DNA from: a virus
Length of the DNA: 64,000 bases
IMG/VR virus record: IMGVR_UViG_3300023202_000336
Span: 96,001 to 160,000 of that record
Reading direction: 5' to 3' (one strand)
The position numbers were made by a program, and so were the translations under genes. The stretch's first letter is position 1; every line of letters starts with the position of its first letter. Below are positions 44,464 through 54,882 of this stretch, in pieces. Under the pieces are notes generated by a model that was not told the DNA's origin, ran no database searches, and was given only the letters and a program-made list of their open reading frames with translations.

Positions 44464-45549
44464 ATGGGATGGAAGCACAAGAAGGATAGCGACGACCAGC
44501 GTCAGCGTCGGGAGGACTGGTTTCAGACCTGTCTCAACCCCGGTACGCTTCAGGCGGCAAAACCTGCCGGGAAGGAAGGCGAGACTGTCATCCGTTTGAT
44601 ACCAGAGTACAAAGATGGCGAACGCCTTCCGATGGTGATCGCCGATTCCGAAGAAGGACCTGAGTTCAGCAACGGGTTTAACGAATCGATGTCCATCAAC
44701 GTCGGTCTTGACGAAAAGTTTACCGGCTTCACCCTGGCGTCTGACCAGGAAGAGGGCACGAAGGACCTGAATAAGGTGTTTAGTGGCCTTTACATCCGGC
44801 TGAAAAATCGTCTGAAGAACAACAAGGTTCCCGAAGATAAGCTCGAGAAGGTGAAGAGCCTGTTCGAGCGCCCCACCCGTGACGGGCGTGAGCTTCCTCC
44901 ACCTCTTCCGAATTCGTCAGAATGGACACTGGTGCAGGGAATCGTTTACGTGTTTAACGGGGAACGTCTTCCGAAGCCGAAGGGTAAGCAGTGCATCTTT
45001 CTCAATCCGACGACGTCGTCTTCGGTAGGAGAACTGCTCGTTAAGGCCCATGAGGACAACGTCGATTTGTTCGATCCGAAGGAGGGCCGCCTGATCATTT
45101 TGAAGCCCGAGAGGTCTCGTATCGGAGGGTTCATGCTTCTCTCCGCCGAAATGGGGGAGGCTACCTCGATTCCTGAGGATACGTGCAAGAAGCTGTGGAC
45201 GCCGTGGAGCAAGGTGATCAAGAGGTATACGTACGACGAGCATCTTCAGCAGGCTTTCAAGTGTTTCGGACGTGACATCATTCGCATCGCGTTCCCCGAC
45301 GAGGTTGCGCAGTATGAAGCGCGTCACGAAGGTAAGGCGTCGACTCCGGAGGCTTCTCCGGAGAGGGTTTCTGAGAAGCCGGAATCGTCGGGAGGTATGG
45401 AGATCGATGTTGACGTCGAAGGAGGGCCGCTGGGGTCGTCTGACGACTCGCCGACTGAGCCGACTTCTGATGATCTCGACGTTAAGTCTCCTGAAGAGAT
45501 GAAGAGTGAGTATGAGAAGTTGCTCGATATGGAAGACCTCGAAGATTAG
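44464..45549 (+). CDS. Putative ssDNA-binding protein (acidic C-terminal tail)
   Basis: Located between polymerase and recA-like genes; very acidic tail; no diagnostic motif. Confidence 0.45.
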   Translation: MGWKHKKDSDDQRQRREDWFQTCLNPGTLQAAKPAGKEGETVIRLIPEYKDGERLPMVIADSEEGPEFSNGFNESMSINVGLDEKFTGFTLASDQEEGTKDLNKVFSGLYIRLKNRLKNNKVPEDKLEKVKSLFERPTRDGRELPPPLPNSSEWTLVQGIVYVFNGERLPKPKGKQCIFLNPTTSSSVGELLVKAHEDNVDLFDPKEGRLIILKPERSRIGGFMLLSAEMGEATSIPEDTCKKLWTPWSKVIKRYTYDEHLQQAFKCFGRDIIRIAFPDEVAQYEARHEGKASTPEASPERVSEKPESSGGMEIDVDVEGGPLGSSDDSPTEPTSDDLDVKSPEEMKSEYEKLLDMEDLED

Positions 45550-45583
45550 ACAGTGAATGCGCGGTCACAATCAGGAGTAGGAT

Positions 45584-46825
45584 ATGAGCGAACATAACGA
45601 GCTAGTAGATGATCTGATTTCTGTGATGAACAAGAGCTCGACGAGCTCGAAGGCTTACCTTCAGGGAGATCATGCCCAACATACATGGGGCGTTGAGATA
45701 CCGTGGCTTCCGTTCCAGTGGTTGATCGGTGGGTCAAATGTATTACCAGCCCAGCGATACTTTGGAGTAAGCGGAGAGCCGAAAACATTCAAATCGACTA
45801 TGATTACGGAAATAGGCAATTGGTTCATAGCGAGTGGCGGCATTCACGTTCTCATCGATAACGAGAACAAGACGTCGCCGACTATGTTAGATGCGATGAC
45901 GTGGCATAATGAAACGATCGCATCGAGAAACTCGCGGATATTCAAGGTAACAACATCAGTATCAGAGTGGCAGACTCAGATGACGAAAGTTATCGAGTTC
46001 AATAGATCCAAGGGGGAGCAGGAGAAAGGATCGAGAATCCCGGTATTCGTTTCGGTAGACTCGCTCGCGGCTCGCGGGACCGAGTCTGCCGACCGGGACC
46101 TCCGGAAAGAAGGTGCAGCAGCAGAGCGAGGATATCCGATCGGGTCGCTCCAGATTACGAACTATTTCGAGACGCTGAACCTTCTCGGTACGACGGCCTC
46201 TATAGGCTTCGTTCAGCACTCGAAAAGGGCTATGGAGCAGAGCGGCGGGTACGGCGGCCCCGATCTTAAAGAGAAAGGGGCGCAGTCCGCCGCTTTTTCG
46301 TCGTCTACTCACATCCGTATTGCAAAGGGTAAGTCACTGCATGCTGCGAAGCATGACTCGGCGGTCGATCCGAGCATTCCGGTCGAGGGTTACACGTTGT
46401 ATCTGAAGACGATTAGAGCATGTACCGGGCCCGCCGATAACCGGGTTCTTCCGGTAGATCTCCTGTGGCAGTACATCAAGGATGAAGAAGGTCGTAAGCG
46501 CCAGGCGATGTGGTTTGACTGGCATGGCGCGCTCGGTCGTATGCTGATTTATATGAAGTACTCGGATAAGTGGCGTCCGAAGTTGTTCAAATCGGAGAAG
46601 GATGAGCTGAACGATATCATTCACTTCACCGAGCCGAATACCAATAGAGTTAACTGCAAGCGGCTTGATCTGAAGGAAGTGAGCTACACTGAGTTTGGAA
46701 GAGCTATTTACGACAATATGGACGTTTACGACGAGCTCATGAAGTTTCTCGGGATCTCTGAGTACCCCGATATCCAGGCTGCTGACATCGACTTTTCTGC
46801 AGGCGACCTTCCGAGTAAGAGATGA
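45584..46825 (+). CDS. RecA/UvsX-like recombinase
   Basis: SGEPKTFKST Walker A variant, IDNE, VSVDSLAA, FVQH. Confidence 0.75.
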   Translation: MSEHNELVDDLISVMNKSSTSSKAYLQGDHAQHTWGVEIPWLPFQWLIGGSNVLPAQRYFGVSGEPKTFKSTMITEIGNWFIASGGIHVLIDNENKTSPTMLDAMTWHNETIASRNSRIFKVTTSVSEWQTQMTKVIEFNRSKGEQEKGSRIPVFVSVDSLAARGTESADRDLRKEGAAAERGYPIGSLQITNYFETLNLLGTTASIGFVQHSKRAMEQSGGYGGPDLKEKGAQSAAFSSSTHIRIAKGKSLHAAKHDSAVDPSIPVEGYTLYLKTIRACTGPADNRVLPVDLLWQYIKDEEGRKRQAMWFDWHGALGRMLIYMKYSDKWRPKLFKSEKDELNDIIHFTEPNTNRVNCKRLDLKEVSYTEFGRAIYDNMDVYDELMKFLGISEYPDIQAADIDFSAGDLPSKR

Positions 46826-47322
46826 CAGACGTTACAGATTACGCTGATAACCTTAAGGACCTCCTCGATGAGGAGGGGGCCCAGAAGATTGCGAAAAACA
46901 TCTCGTTCGAGCAGTCTACGCTTGCGTATGTTCTCAGACAGCTCGGATACCCCGCAAAAAAGGTCAAAGGACTACAAAGAGATTTCGGGGCAGGGTTCAC
47001 GTTCGACTGGTTTAACCACGAAGGATTCATCTATCCGACTGTAGAGTCGGTGCGCATCTTCGATTTCAACTTCAAAGATATTCTTTTCGAATCGGAGAAG
47101 CATCCGATTTCCCGTCACGTGAAGTCGATCTTCTCTCAGGAGGTTTTGGCTGCAGACGAATTCTGTCTCGTCTTTAAGGCCTACGATCTTGGACGCATGG
47201 TTGCTACGAATATAGACGTATCTTTATATACGCACATCCACGTGCCATTATCAGACTACAGTTATTCAATCACCCCTTTCAAAGGATTTTTTAAATCCAA
47301 ATTTGGAAGTATTACAGACTAA
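46822..47322 (+). CDS. Hypothetical protein (166 aa)
   Basis: ATGA coupling to the recA-like gene. Confidence 0.65.
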   Translation: MTDVTDYADNLKDLLDEEGAQKIAKNISFEQSTLAYVLRQLGYPAKKVKGLQRDFGAGFTFDWFNHEGFIYPTVESVRIFDFNFKDILFESEKHPISRHVKSIFSQEVLAADEFCLVFKAYDLGRMVATNIDVSLYTHIHVPLSDYSYSITPFKGFFKSKFGSITD

Positions 47323-47450
47323 GGAGGCGTGACCTAGGTATCGAAAAGGTAGACGGGTTTACAACTGATCGTTGAAATATGGCATTCTATATCTTTCTAT
47401 GGCATGGGTTCAATGTTGACACAGTGCATAGGTGATGTAGGTTTTCAATC

Positions 47451-47594
47451 ATGAAGATGCACCGGACACAGATAAGCCTCCCGCCCGTCCTCTTCGGTTG
47501 GCTCAAAGCCGAAGCTGAAAGAAAAGGAATCAGCATCGCTGAACTCATTCGCCGCGTCTTGGATCGTGAATATGAAGATCAGCAGAAGCAGTAA
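47451..47594 (+). CDS. Ribbon-helix-helix (CopG-like) protein, 47 aa, absent from the ORF track
   Basis: MKMHRTQISLPPVLFGWLKAEAERKGISIAELIRRVLDREYEDQQKQ; overlaps the tnpB start; TTGACA upstream. Confidence 0.75.
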   Translation: MKMHRTQISLPPVLFGWLKAEAERKGISIAELIRRVLDREYEDQQKQ

Positions 47595-48654
47595 GTGCTC
47601 CCTCAAGTTTACGACGGCATCAAAACTGTCGAAACTGGATGTCGTGCTCACCGAGTACGGTCAGGTGGTCAACCGCTTCATCGACCTGTTCTGGGTTGAG
47701 TGCCCAGCCAAGAGCAGGCTACTCAAACCTATCGTGGATTCGGTTGATAGCTGGTTCACTGCCCGTCTCCGTAAGGTTGCTGCTCGTGAAGCCATCGACA
47801 TGGTGAAGGCCGCTAAAGAGCGTTGGGGCGAGAAGGCCGTAAAGCCGACCCACCGTGGACAACGGATGTGCGTCAGTAGCACCATTGCTCGACTGGACGT
47901 TGCCAAGGATTCAACCTTCGACTGCTGGCTGCACCTATCGTCCATCGGCAATGGCATCATCCTCGACCTGCCGATTAAACGGCACAGGCACTTCAACGAT
48001 CTGGCTACTGCCGGTCGTAGGCAAGAGTCTTACATTATCACCAGGGATTCAGTGCAGTTCTGCTTTGAGATCGAAACTGGGCCGAAACAGGAACCGGATC
48101 GCTGTGTCGGTGTTGATACTGGAATCAACGCCTTAGCCAGTTTGTCCACTGGTGATCAGTTAGGCACTGAAATCAAGGTTGGTATCGAACGAATCAAACG
48201 CTGTAAGCACGGAAGCAAAGGTCAGAAGCGAGCCGTTCGTGCGTTGCGACAGCGGATGGATGAAGTCGCCAAAGAGGTGGTTGGAAAAGCCTCGTTGGTT
48301 GCTGTCGAGAACTTGAAGAACATCACGAAGAATACCAAACGCCGCTTGGGTAAAAATATGCGGCGCTCTATCGGTCGTTGGAATGTGCGATACTGGTTGA
48401 CGAGATTGCAGCAAGTCTGTGAACGAAACCGTGTTTCGTTCCGGTCTGTCTCGCCACGCTACACTTCGCAGCAGTGTTCCAAATGTGGCTTCACCGATAG
48501 GAGGAATCGAAACGGTGAGTTGTTCCGTTGCCTCAGTTGTGGCTATGAGGCAAACGCAGATGTGCAGGCATCACGGAACATCCTCACCCGATTCCTTACC
48601 GGACCCTACGGTGCCGGTTGCAAACCTCTCGTGTCCTGTAATGGGATACTTTGA
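47566..48654 (+). CDS. tnpB: IS200/IS605-family TnpB RNA-guided nuclease
   Basis: VGVDTG, AVENL, VSPRYTSQQCSKCG...FRCLSCG...ADVQASRNI; D-E-D triad present. Confidence 0.92.
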   Translation: MNMKISRSSKCSLKFTTASKLSKLDVVLTEYGQVVNRFIDLFWVECPAKSRLLKPIVDSVDSWFTARLRKVAAREAIDMVKAAKERWGEKAVKPTHRGQRMCVSSTIARLDVAKDSTFDCWLHLSSIGNGIILDLPIKRHRHFNDLATAGRRQESYIITRDSVQFCFEIETGPKQEPDRCVGVDTGINALASLSTGDQLGTEIKVGIERIKRCKHGSKGQKRAVRALRQRMDEVAKEVVGKASLVAVENLKNITKNTKRRLGKNMRRSIGRWNVRYWLTRLQQVCERNRVSFRSVSPRYTSQQCSKCGFTDRRNRNGELFRCLSCGYEANADVQASRNILTRFLTGPYGAGCKPLVSCNGIL

Positions 48655-48824
48655 GGAACGGTATCCTCCAGGACCAACCGACTCGCCGAAGCAGGAACTT
48701 GGTAAATAAGGTCTCTCCATGAGCCTTATCCCAGGACGTGAGAGGACGTGAGCAGGGCTGTGAGAGGATTGTGAGAATCACCGGCGGCTTCTACAAGTTG
48801 CCACATTTAGGAAGGAAGGATACT

Positions 48825-49763
48825 ATGCCCGGTACTCTTACTGCCGCGGATAGACGCTATAACGCTCTCATCGATAAGATCTGCGAAGATGTGAAGTCGA
48901 TTGAGGTCAACAATCTGAAGAGATATCATCATCTCGGGAAGCACTTTACCGGGTTCTGTAGAGCTGTGAGCAGCGAAGACGGTGCTGATCGCAACCCGTA
49001 CGGAGATCGCACTGTCGATCGCCTCGCTGAGGATCTCGTTGAGAGAGGTGTTTTTCAGGCGAGTGAAAACGGCTCTGTTACGAATGTCCGGAGAGCTCTC
49101 TATTGGGCGAAGAATCTCTATGATTCCTATACCGATTTTACGAGCCTCCAGAATCTCGCTGACCAGGGCTTCACCCTGGCGCACGCGAAGCCGCTCTTTT
49201 CGCTCGATGATAAGACCAGAGAAGAAGTCGAGAACAACATGATCGTCGATGGGAAGGTTATCCCATCGCGATCGCTTCCCGATTTGATCACGAAGACACA
49301 GAAGAAGATGTTGACCCGTCACGCTGAGGAAGCTCTCGACGATCTCGAGAGAGCGAAGAAAGGAGAGACTCCTGTCGCAGAAGAAGCGAAGGGAGACGAA
49401 GCTGGAGACGGGGATATCGAAATTCCGGATCAGGGAGAGGGGGAAAAGGAAGAGGAAGGGTCCGATAAGAAGGAAGGTAACCCTCCTCAGGCCGTGAGGC
49501 CGAGGGAGTGGTCGGTTCAGAACCCTCTGAAGGTTGTCCGAGCGATGGATAAGACGGTTACGAAGGCTCACTCTTTGGTAGGAGATGTTTGCACGGTTAT
49601 CCGTGAGGCTTCCACGATCGGATTCGATAGCGACCGCGCTATGCAGAACTACAACAAGTCCATCGGTGAACTTCGCGACTCGCTGACCGACGCCACGGAG
49701 CTGCTCAACTCTCTTCTGAAGCAGATCCACGAGGAGGTAGGCGGTCTCCCCGCGAGGAGCTAG
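48825..49763 (+). CDS. Hypothetical protein (312 aa)
   Basis: AAGGA RBS before ATG 48825. Confidence 0.7.
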   Translation: MPGTLTAADRRYNALIDKICEDVKSIEVNNLKRYHHLGKHFTGFCRAVSSEDGADRNPYGDRTVDRLAEDLVERGVFQASENGSVTNVRRALYWAKNLYDSYTDFTSLQNLADQGFTLAHAKPLFSLDDKTREEVENNMIVDGKVIPSRSLPDLITKTQKKMLTRHAEEALDDLERAKKGETPVAEEAKGDEAGDGDIEIPDQGEGEKEEEGSDKKEGNPPQAVRPREWSVQNPLKVVRAMDKTVTKAHSLVGDVCTVIREASTIGFDSDRAMQNYNKSIGELRDSLTDATELLNSLLKQIHEEVGGLPARS

Positions 49764-49816
49764 TCATCGGACTCCCTCGACTCAATATTAAAGAAATAGA
49801 TATACGCTACAGTAAC

Positions 49817-50605
49817 ATGCTGCAGCTGTTCGGTGAGTACTACGGCCAGCCGTTGTCGCGCGATGCGTGTCACCGGCTGGCCGATCTTATTTGTAAATCG
49901 ATAGAGTTTCTCCGAGGCGTTAGGAACACCGTCGTGCAGACGGTACTTCAATACGAAGGTGCAGTGCTCTCGAGGAGGCGTGCTCGGATACTGGCCCGCC
50001 AGCTCGCCGCAAGAGATAGCGATCTCAAAAAGGGCCCCCTCCAGCCGTTCGAGCGTCCGATAAGAGACGAATGGGTGCCTATGGAGGTCAGTCGTACGGA
50101 GCCTTGCGTATGGAGAGAGGACGAAGAAGGATACATCCTTCACCTCTTCTGTCTCGCAGGTCATCCGGCGGGCCACTTGCTCCAGAAGAAAGTTCCGGAG
50201 ACGTGGCTGGCGTGGCTGGCGTATCAGATCGGATTCAGCAAGAAGGTGCCTTACACCTATGAGCCCGAGATGTTCATCGGGCTACGGTTCTGGGGTTACC
50301 TCCTGGCAGAGGAGAGCGAGGGGTCTGGCCTCTTGACATTCGAGAGGTGGGATATTAGCTTAAAGTTCCGTAAGTATAATCGTACCATAATCTTACGTAG
50401 GAGCAGGCTCGATCTCGGCCTGGATGACTACGACGGTGAAACAGGTCGGAAGTTAGAACACTCTTGCCCTTTTGATTTCGAGCACTATTGTTCTGAATGT
50501 TCAGTAGACGTAAATGATTGTGTAGCATCGTATAATCGCGACGTACTTAACGACGGGGCAGCACGTGGAGTCGACAGACGGGAAACCGGGGTTCGAGGAC
50601 TATGA
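49817..50605 (+). CDS. Hypothetical protein (262 aa)
   Basis: Long ORF; C-terminal CPFDFEHYCSEC...C. Confidence 0.65.
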   Translation: MLQLFGEYYGQPLSRDACHRLADLICKSIEFLRGVRNTVVQTVLQYEGAVLSRRRARILARQLAARDSDLKKGPLQPFERPIRDEWVPMEVSRTEPCVWREDEEGYILHLFCLAGHPAGHLLQKKVPETWLAWLAYQIGFSKKVPYTYEPEMFIGLRFWGYLLAEESEGSGLLTFERWDISLKFRKYNRTIILRRSRLDLGLDDYDGETGRKLEHSCPFDFEHYCSECSVDVNDCVASYNRDVLNDGAARGVDRRETGVRGL

Positions 50606-51182
50606 AGAGGCCCGGTCGGCTCATGAGGTACTTGCTCGCCCGAGCGGCGTTCCAAGGGGCCACGAGCGCCTGGGGATGCTCCGTAAGTCGCACGTAGAAG
50701 AGATCGCACCGTCACCGAAGTATCTCGACCGTGAACGAACATGGTTTATCCCTGCACTTGCTTACTGCATGATGCGGATGGACCGGTCGCTTTTCGAACT
50801 CTACTCTTGGGCGATTGATAAAGATATAGATGTAGTTTCGTATAGAACTGATTCGCCTCTAGTAACATTCTCGGGGGTCGATATATCGAAGAATCCGTGG
50901 TTCCACACGGTACAGGGGGCTGAAACTCCGATAGCAGGCGCGTTCACAGAGTATATCAAAACGTATAAATTTAACGACACCATCAATAACGTTGAGTGGT
51001 GTCTTCACGCAGCGCCTTTACGTATCGCAGATCCATTCCACGATGGAGAGATGAGATCTGGTATCGATGCTATAGTATTTCTTCCGGAGTGTATGACCAC
51101 GAAACGGAAAGTGTGCGTTATAAAAGGAGCAGGACTCCACCTGGGGATACCTGAACTCGGTATCGTCGGGAGCCCTGAATGA
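50565..51182 (+). CDS. Hypothetical protein (205 aa)
   Basis: Coupled in a co-oriented run. Confidence 0.6.
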   Translation: MESTDGKPGFEDYEEARSAHEVLARPSGVPRGHERLGMLRKSHVEEIAPSPKYLDRERTWFIPALAYCMMRMDRSLFELYSWAIDKDIDVVSYRTDSPLVTFSGVDISKNPWFHTVQGAETPIAGAFTEYIKTYKFNDTINNVEWCLHAAPLRIADPFHDGEMRSGIDAIVFLPECMTTKRKVCVIKGAGLHLGIPELGIVGSPE

Positions 51183-51511
51183 GCTCGATCCCCTTTAGAA
51201 TTACGACTATTTTCAAAACTACGGAAGCAGGGTATAGCTTTGGTACAGATGAATACCTTTCTCGTAGTCTCGTTTCCGAGCGAGAAGAGAAGGTTTTTGC
51301 ATTTGCGATTACTGAGCGATCGAGACCCCGAGTTTTCGAATACGACTACGATAGAGACGGTTTAGAAGCTCTTGCGAATCTAATCAGGAGCGAAGAGGTT
51401 ATATCGGTCGTGAAAGGTCGGAGAGCCGACTTTGCTCACGAATCGGTGGTTTCGTTATCGGACGGGCGTGATCGGATGGAAAACAGAATCATAGTATCGA
51501 GGAATATATGA
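51179..51511 (+). CDS. Hypothetical protein (110 aa)
   Basis: ATGA coupling at both ends. Confidence 0.65.
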   Translation: MSSIPFRITTIFKTTEAGYSFGTDEYLSRSLVSEREEKVFAFAITERSRPRVFEYDYDRDGLEALANLIRSEEVISVVKGRRADFAHESVVSLSDGRDRMENRIIVSRNI

Positions 51512-51918
51512 CCACGAAACGGCGTAAAAAGAAGAAAGCTGGTCCGAAGAAAATCCCGATACGTTACGTCGACGGTAACGAGCACGTGGAGTACGTTCCG
51601 CGTACTTCGAAAGAACTTAAGACGGAACTAGAAAGAATACAACTCGCTATTCGTCGCGCACTGCGCGTTCTCTCTAAATTACGAAGAAAGAGGCATATCG
51701 TCCTCGTGACCGTAAGGTTTCAGCTTCGTAACTGTTTAAAAGAGATCGTGAACGACGCTTCTGACGAAGCAGTGGCTGACGAGATAGCGCGCCTCAGTTA
51801 TGTTATGGAGGACACGGTAATGCTTCTTGAGCATCTGAAGCATTCGAGAATCCCGTGCCTCGAAGAGGCAAGATTTTTGTTAACCTACGGGCAAACCCCT
51901 AAGCAACGAGAAACGTAG
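51508..51918 (+). CDS. Basic hypothetical protein (136 aa)
   Basis: ATGA coupling; K/R-rich N-terminus. Confidence 0.65.
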   Translation: MTTKRRKKKKAGPKKIPIRYVDGNEHVEYVPRTSKELKTELERIQLAIRRALRVLSKLRRKRHIVLVTVRFQLRNCLKEIVNDASDEAVADEIARLSYVMEDTVMLLEHLKHSRIPCLEEARFLLTYGQTPKQRET

Positions 51919-51941
51919 CATCCCGGAAGGTAACAGACAAA

Positions 51942-52580
51942 ATGGGTAAAATTTTAGTTACAGCAGATAGAGAAATTATCGTACGGGGGACACCGCCGTT
52001 CCGTCTTCCAGACATTGTTGCTCCGGATCTCGCGATCGCGCTCCTTGCGACTGAACCCGGTGACAAATATTTCGTAGCTGAAGTAGCGAGGTGTTTTACG
52101 CCGTCAGATAAAAAGCGGCTCAGAAAAGAATGTAAAAGAATAGGAGGAAGCGTATGGGACCTGTACAGGAGTAAGGCTACAAAATGGTCCTCGCTTATCA
52201 ATAACGATAATAGGTGGCATATCGAAGACTTCGATGTGATCTATCGAGTAGAGATCGGAAGTGATCATGCTAAAGAGATCATTGTTACTTCAGCGAATGT
52301 AAGGTTTGTTTCAAACGGAGAGCGACTATTGACGTTTCCTGAGTTCGAATTGACCTATGGGATTAACGTGAGCCACTATCTCGAGGAGTTTAGACACTCT
52401 ATCAATGAAACGATCGATGAATGTCAGCGGCATATTACTTCGGATGTCATTCAAAAAAATATGTCGGTGATCGATCCGAACGGTCACGTACAGACGAAAG
52501 GATTCATAGTCCTCGAGTCTCAGGACGAGAAAGACTGGCGTCTCCCGAATGGGTACACGCTCCTTTCTCCCGACGAATAG
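51942..52580 (+). CDS. Hypothetical protein (212 aa)
   Basis: Long ORF in a co-oriented run. Confidence 0.65.
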   Translation: MGKILVTADREIIVRGTPPFRLPDIVAPDLAIALLATEPGDKYFVAEVARCFTPSDKKRLRKECKRIGGSVWDLYRSKATKWSSLINNDNRWHIEDFDVIYRVEIGSDHAKEIIVTSANVRFVSNGERLLTFPEFELTYGINVSHYLEEFRHSINETIDECQRHITSDVIQKNMSVIDPNGHVQTKGFIVLESQDEKDWRLPNGYTLLSPDE

Positions 52581-52633
52581 ACTCTTGACAAACCTACCTA
52601 CGAACACTAGCGTCCCATCGCAACGGAGACATT

Positions 52634-52933
52634 ATGGCTATTGAGCAGTTCGATTTCGAGGTTCATTCACCGGAGGAATTCCCTGAATCTCATTCTTTCA
52701 CTATTACTATTCACGTTCCTGTTCCCGAGGAGGGCAAGCAGTCGGGCGTTCTGAATTACCTGCGCTCGAAGCAGCTCAAGGAAGACGTCGTGAACAACTG
52801 GGTGCGGAAGAACGCGACCGGATACGGTATCGAGATCCGTAATGGTCCTCGGCCGGTACATTCGGTCGATAACGACCGCAATTCCCCGGTAATTGCGTAT
52901 GAGCAGGACTTCCGTCTGACGAGGCCTATCTAA
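52634..52933 (+). CDS. Hypothetical protein (99 aa)
   Basis: GGAG RBS; TAATG coupling to the next gene. Confidence 0.7.
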   Translation: MAIEQFDFEVHSPEEFPESHSFTITIHVPVPEEGKQSGVLNYLRSKQLKEDVVNNWVRKNATGYGIEIRNGPRPVHSVDNDRNSPVIAYEQDFRLTRPI

Positions 52934-53400
52934 TGCAGGATATGTCGAGTCCCGAGGAAGCGGCGCATTCGGCGTTCTCACAAGGGTATCAGCAGGATTC
53001 GGTCACGAAGTTTCTGCTGGGGGTCGGTCTCGCTGAACACGAGCCGATCTTCAGAATGACTTTGAAGACCATTTCTGACAGGCCGGATGAGCCGGGTATA
53101 CGAGAAATTACGATAGCTACTATTTCGCTTTTGATGACCCTCGGGCAGATATCGATGCCGGTTATCATGTATACGGTCGGTCATCTGAACAAACGTAGTG
53201 AAGAAGAGATCAAAGGTGATGCGATTGCAATTATGAACGGAGCGTATATAGTTTTGCCCGATTCAGAACGGGAGAGCGGTAACATCATACTGAGCTTGGA
53301 GACCATGAAGGAAGTTGATACCAGACCGGTATCGTTCGTTTCATCTGTTTACTCACTGGCGGCAATATGGGAAGAAGCGGAGAGAATTCTCGAAAGTTGA
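52933..53400 (+). CDS. Hypothetical protein (155 aa)
   Basis: TAATG coupling. Confidence 0.65.
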   Translation: MQDMSSPEEAAHSAFSQGYQQDSVTKFLLGVGLAEHEPIFRMTLKTISDRPDEPGIREITIATISLLMTLGQISMPVIMYTVGHLNKRSEEEIKGDAIAIMNGAYIVLPDSERESGNIILSLETMKEVDTRPVSFVSSVYSLAAIWEEAERILES

Positions 53401-53933
53401 GAAGTAGGTGCTCGATATGTGGCACCGAATACGAAGAATCTTCGCTCGAAACATTAAAGAAAAGAATAGTAAACTGCTGCAAATCTCCTACGCGGAGAAA
53501 ATATACTATACCTAACATACAGAAAACCGGGGTAAGCTTGCCGGCCTCTCAGCCGGCAAGCTTACCCTTTTCGGTCGAATTCGACCGGCATATCGAAAGT
53601 CAAAATTCATCACACTACGCTCATTGGTCGAGAGGGCGTAAAGATAAGACCGATTGGATGCGGCGAGTCGCTATAAAGCTCGGGAAGATGCGCGGACTGC
53701 TACTCCCCTGGTCTTCATGGATGATTCAACGCATTTACTGTCATCCGAAACGCGAAATGGATTTCGCGAATATCGTTGGGGGCGCGAAACCTCTCATCGA
53801 TTCCTTGCGGGATTGCTCGATTATCAAGGACGATAGTCCTCGGTACTTTCATTGTGAATACGAGCAGCATAAAGGTGACCGAAATGTTACCGTTCTCACC
53901 CTTGTCGAGGTAACCTATGACGACAACGATTAG
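53397..53933 (+). CDS. RusA-like Holliday junction resolvase with an N-terminal Cys motif
   Basis: REMDFANIVGGAKPLIDSLRDCSIIKDD resembles the RusA D.DN..K...D.L....DD motif; TTG 53397 overlaps the upstream stop (alternative start 53367). Confidence 0.6.
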   Translation: MRSRCSICGTEYEESSLETLKKRIVNCCKSPTRRKYTIPNIQKTGVSLPASQPASLPFSVEFDRHIESQNSSHYAHWSRGRKDKTDWMRRVAIKLGKMRGLLLPWSSWMIQRIYCHPKREMDFANIVGGAKPLIDSLRDCSIIKDDSPRYFHCEYEQHKGDRNVTVLTLVEVTYDDND

Positions 53934-54882
53934 GCCCGTTTCGTTTGAGGAGTTTCATGGTCAAGAACCCGCAGTGGAGTATCTCAAGGTAGCTATCAAA
54001 TCAGCGTTGAAGCAAAAGAAACCTTTCGGACATGTCCTTCTCGTCGGAATGGCTGGGATTGGTAAAACCACGCTCGGAGCGTCGGTGATACCGCATGAGC
54101 TCGGCGCAGAAGTAGCGTCACTCAACTGCGCGTCGATCGAGAAGGTATCCGAGTTCATCCCTACGATTACCAGTGTGCCGGAAGGCAGTGTTTTGTTTCT
54201 CGACGAGATCCATAGTTTAATCCCGCCGGCGCGAGAGCATCTCCTTACAGTGATGGAGGACCGGTACATCAACGTACCGATGGGGAACGGCGAAGAGGTT
54301 ATGAGGGTGTCGCTCGACCCGTTTACGGTCATAGGCGCGACTACACGGCAAGGCGTGCTTCCCGCACCCCTCCTGAGTAGATTCGCACACGACCTGAGGC
54401 TATCGCTTTATAATGATGACGAGATGCTAGAGGTACTTTGCTGGACCGTCGACAAGCGTGCTCTCAAGATTGATCATCGAGCGGCTGAGAAGTTGGTTCC
54501 CGTATGTCATGGGACTGCGCGTAGATGCGTGAACTTAGTAGAGGCATGCGCCGACACGCTGTTCGGCATTGGTTCTGAAGATGTAACTAGAGACGGAAAG
54601 AACGTCATAAACAGCGAAAATGTAGATCTTACGTTAGAGCGACTCGGATATCGAGGAGAATTTAGTCGCGACGAGTGGCGTTATCTCGAGACGATAGTAG
54701 AGACCCCCAAAAAGAGGGCAGGAATCAAGACGTTGAGTACCCTTCTCGACGAGACGGAGCGTACAATCGAAGATATCTACGAACCGTGGCTTATTCAGAG
54801 AGGGTATATCATGAAGGAGAGCCATGGCCGCCACGTCACTGAGAAAGGATTAGAAGCTTATGATAGGTTATGTGAACGGTAA
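53917..54882 (+). CDS. ruvB: Holliday junction branch migration ATPase RuvB
   Basis: IRPVSFEEFHGQ, GMAGIGKTT, FLDEIH, IGATT, PLLSRF, EDIYEPWLIQRG. Confidence 0.92.
   Translation: MTTTIRPVSFEEFHGQEPAVEYLKVAIKSALKQKKPFGHVLLVGMAGIGKTTLGASVIPHELGAEVASLNCASIEKVSEFIPTITSVPEGSVLFLDEIHSLIPPAREHLLTVMEDRYINVPMGNGEEVMRVSLDPFTVIGATTRQGVLPAPLLSRFAHDLRLSLYNDDEMLEVLCWTVDKRALKIDHRAAEKLVPVCHGTARRCVNLVEACADTLFGIGSEDVTRDGKNVINSENVDLTLERLGYRGEFSRDEWRYLETIVETPKKRAGIKTLSTLLDETERTIEDIYEPWLIQRGYIMKESHGRHVTEKGLEAYDRLCER

Larger units (their letters stand above)
47400..48665 (+). mobile_element. tnpA-less (IS1341-like) RHH-tnpB element; ends approximate
   Basis: Inserted between co-oriented phage genes; no Y1 or serine transposase in the window; right end probably near gaggaacggt (~48662). 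Confidence 0.5.
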
